A model generated the notes under the pieces. It was not told the origin of the DNA. It saw nothing but the letters and a program-made list of their open reading frames with translations, and did no database searches. The position numbers and the translations under genes were made by a program. A stretch of DNA of 64,000 nt, taken from positions 112,716,001 to 112,780,000 of the forward strand of contig CM075978.1 of the NCBI GenBank assembly GCA_038087875.1, written 5' to 3'. Below, piece by piece: positions 62,301 to 64,000 of the stretch. Every line of letters starts with the position of its first letter. The first letter of the stretch is position 1. This stretch comes from Malacoraja senta. Lineage: Eukaryota.

Positions 62301-63712
62301 CAGTGTCCTCCATAATGTTTGGGACAAAGACGCATCATTTATTTATTTGCCTCTGTACTCCACAATTTGAGATTTATAATAGAAAAAAATCACATGTGGT
62401 TGTCACATTGTCAGATTTTAATAAAGGTAATTTTTATACATTTTGGTTTCACCATGTAGAAATTACAGCAGTGTTTATATATAGTCCCTCCAATTCAGAA
62501 AACCATAGTGTTTGGGACACAACAATGTCATGTAAATGAAAGTAATCATGTTTAGTATATTGTTGCATATCCTTTACATGCAATGACTGCTTGAAGTCTG
62601 TCATTCATGGACATCACCAGTTGCTGGGTGTCTTCTCTGGTGATGCTCTGCCAGGCCTGTATTGCAGCCATCTTTAGCTTGTGCTTGTTTTGGGGGGCTA
62701 GTCTCCTTCAGTTTTCTCTTCAGCATATAAAAGATATGCTCAATTGGGTTCAGATCGGGTGATTGACTTGGCACTCAAGAATTGACCATCTTTTAGCTTT
62801 AAAAAACTCCTTTAAAAAACAACCTACAACATGTTGAAAATATTTCGGAGACAGTGGCGACAATTTTTGCTGTCGTAGGATGTTGTAGGTTGACGCCAGG
62901 TGTCGTAGGCGAATTCCATTAAAACTAGTCCCTGGCAGTCGCCTAAGTGGGAGAGGTCCAAAACTTGGCCATCCTATTTTTGCGGCTAACCAGTGGTTTG
63001 CATCTTGCAGTGTAGCCTCTGTATTTTGGTTCATGAAGTCTTCTGCGGACAGTGGTCATTGACAAATCCACACCTGACTCCTGAAGAATGTTTCTCATCT
63101 GTTCGACAGATGTTTGGGGATTTTTCTTTATTATGGAGAGAATTCTTCTGTCATCAGCTGTGGAGGTCTTCCTTGGCCTTCCAGTCCCTTTGAGATTAGT
63201 AAGCTCACCAGTGCTCTCTTTCTTCTTAATGATGCTCCAAACAGTTGATTTTGGTAAGCCTAATGTTTGGCTGATGTCTCTAACAAATTTATTCTTGTTT
63301 CTCAGTCTCATAATGGCTTCTTTGACTTCCATTGGCACAACTTTCATCCTCATGTTGATAAACAGCAATAAAAGTTTCCAAAGGTGATGGAAAGACTGGA
63401 GGAAAGACTGTGCTGAGAGCTCTCTGATACCCGCATTAAGGAGGCAATTAAACACACCTGAGCAATTACAAACACCTGTGAAGCCATGTGTCCCAAACAT
63501 TATTGTGGCCTGAAATGGGGGGACTATGTATAAACACAGCTGTAATTTCTACATGGTGAAACCGAAATGTATAAAAATGGCCTTTATTAAAATCTGACAA
63601 TGTGCAATTTAACCACATGTGATTTTTTTTCTATTACAAATCTCAAATTGTGGAGTACAGAGGCAAATAAATAAATGATGAGTCTTTGTCCCAAACATTA
63701 TACAGGGCACTG
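62301..63712 (-). mobile_element. Tc1 transposon, IR/DR type, defective
   Basis: TA|CAGTG...CACTG ends; ~220-bp TIRs each with two CATARTGTTTGGGACA direct repeats; transposase from ATG 63353 (HTH, GRPRK) and C-terminal SPDLNPIEH region ~62560-62810; catalytic middle deleted. Confidence 0.93.
62820..62960. mobile_element. Truncated Harbinger-type MITE inside the Tc1
   Basis: Reverse complement matches 90-230 (CCCTGGCAGTCGCCTAAGTGGGAGAGG.CCA). Confidence 0.8.
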
Positions 63713-64000
63713 CACACAGTTCTGTATATCCCTTCCTGCATCCTCGCTGTTTTGAATGATTGATATTAAATCTTCTTAAACTCATGGTTTCCCAGAAGCT
63801 CAAAACCACAAACAGTTAGCTTGTTCTCAAATTTATTGTTGGATGTTAGAATTTGGACATTAATATATTGGACCAAAATTTATTTTCCAATTTATTTTAT
63901 ATTATTTATTTATTGCCACTTAGGCCTTTAAAATAATATTGAGCATCACCTATTTGTGTTTTCTAAAATTAGTCTTTTATAACCTTGAGATTCTTCACAA

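Overview
Vertebrate genomic DNA, almost certainly a cartilaginous fish (skate/ray-like repeat landscape: HE1/V-SINEs, Deu-domain SINEs, CR1, Penelope). Two convergent protein-coding genes are present: the last five coding exons of ADSS2 (+ strand, 3002-11657) and ZBTB18/RP58 (- strand, main coding exon 48111-49702, CpG-rich promoter region ~50750-51950, long 3' UTR). This is the same tail-to-tail arrangement as in mammals. The rest is a dense mosaic of transposable elements (CR1, L2, L1, Rex1/Babar, Penelope, SINEs, Harbinger MITEs, an IR/DR Tc1, a nested Helitron array), except for a ~13 kb stretch around ZBTB18 with no recognisable transposons. The most notable observation is a 141-nt TSD-flanked retroposon (12282-12422, - strand) whose first 54 nt fold into a complete minimal HDV-like ribozyme, with the element 5' end exactly at the predicted cleavage site. 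Other highlights: self-nesting Helitrons, a GC-rich retroposon family with a shared hairpin and different LINE-like tails, hammerhead-like cores in Penelope repeats, paired miR-219 sites in the ZBTB18 3' UTR, and an intronic E-box cluster plus a self-binding site at ZBTB18. TE family names come from pattern recognition, not database searches, and many TE boundaries are approximate.
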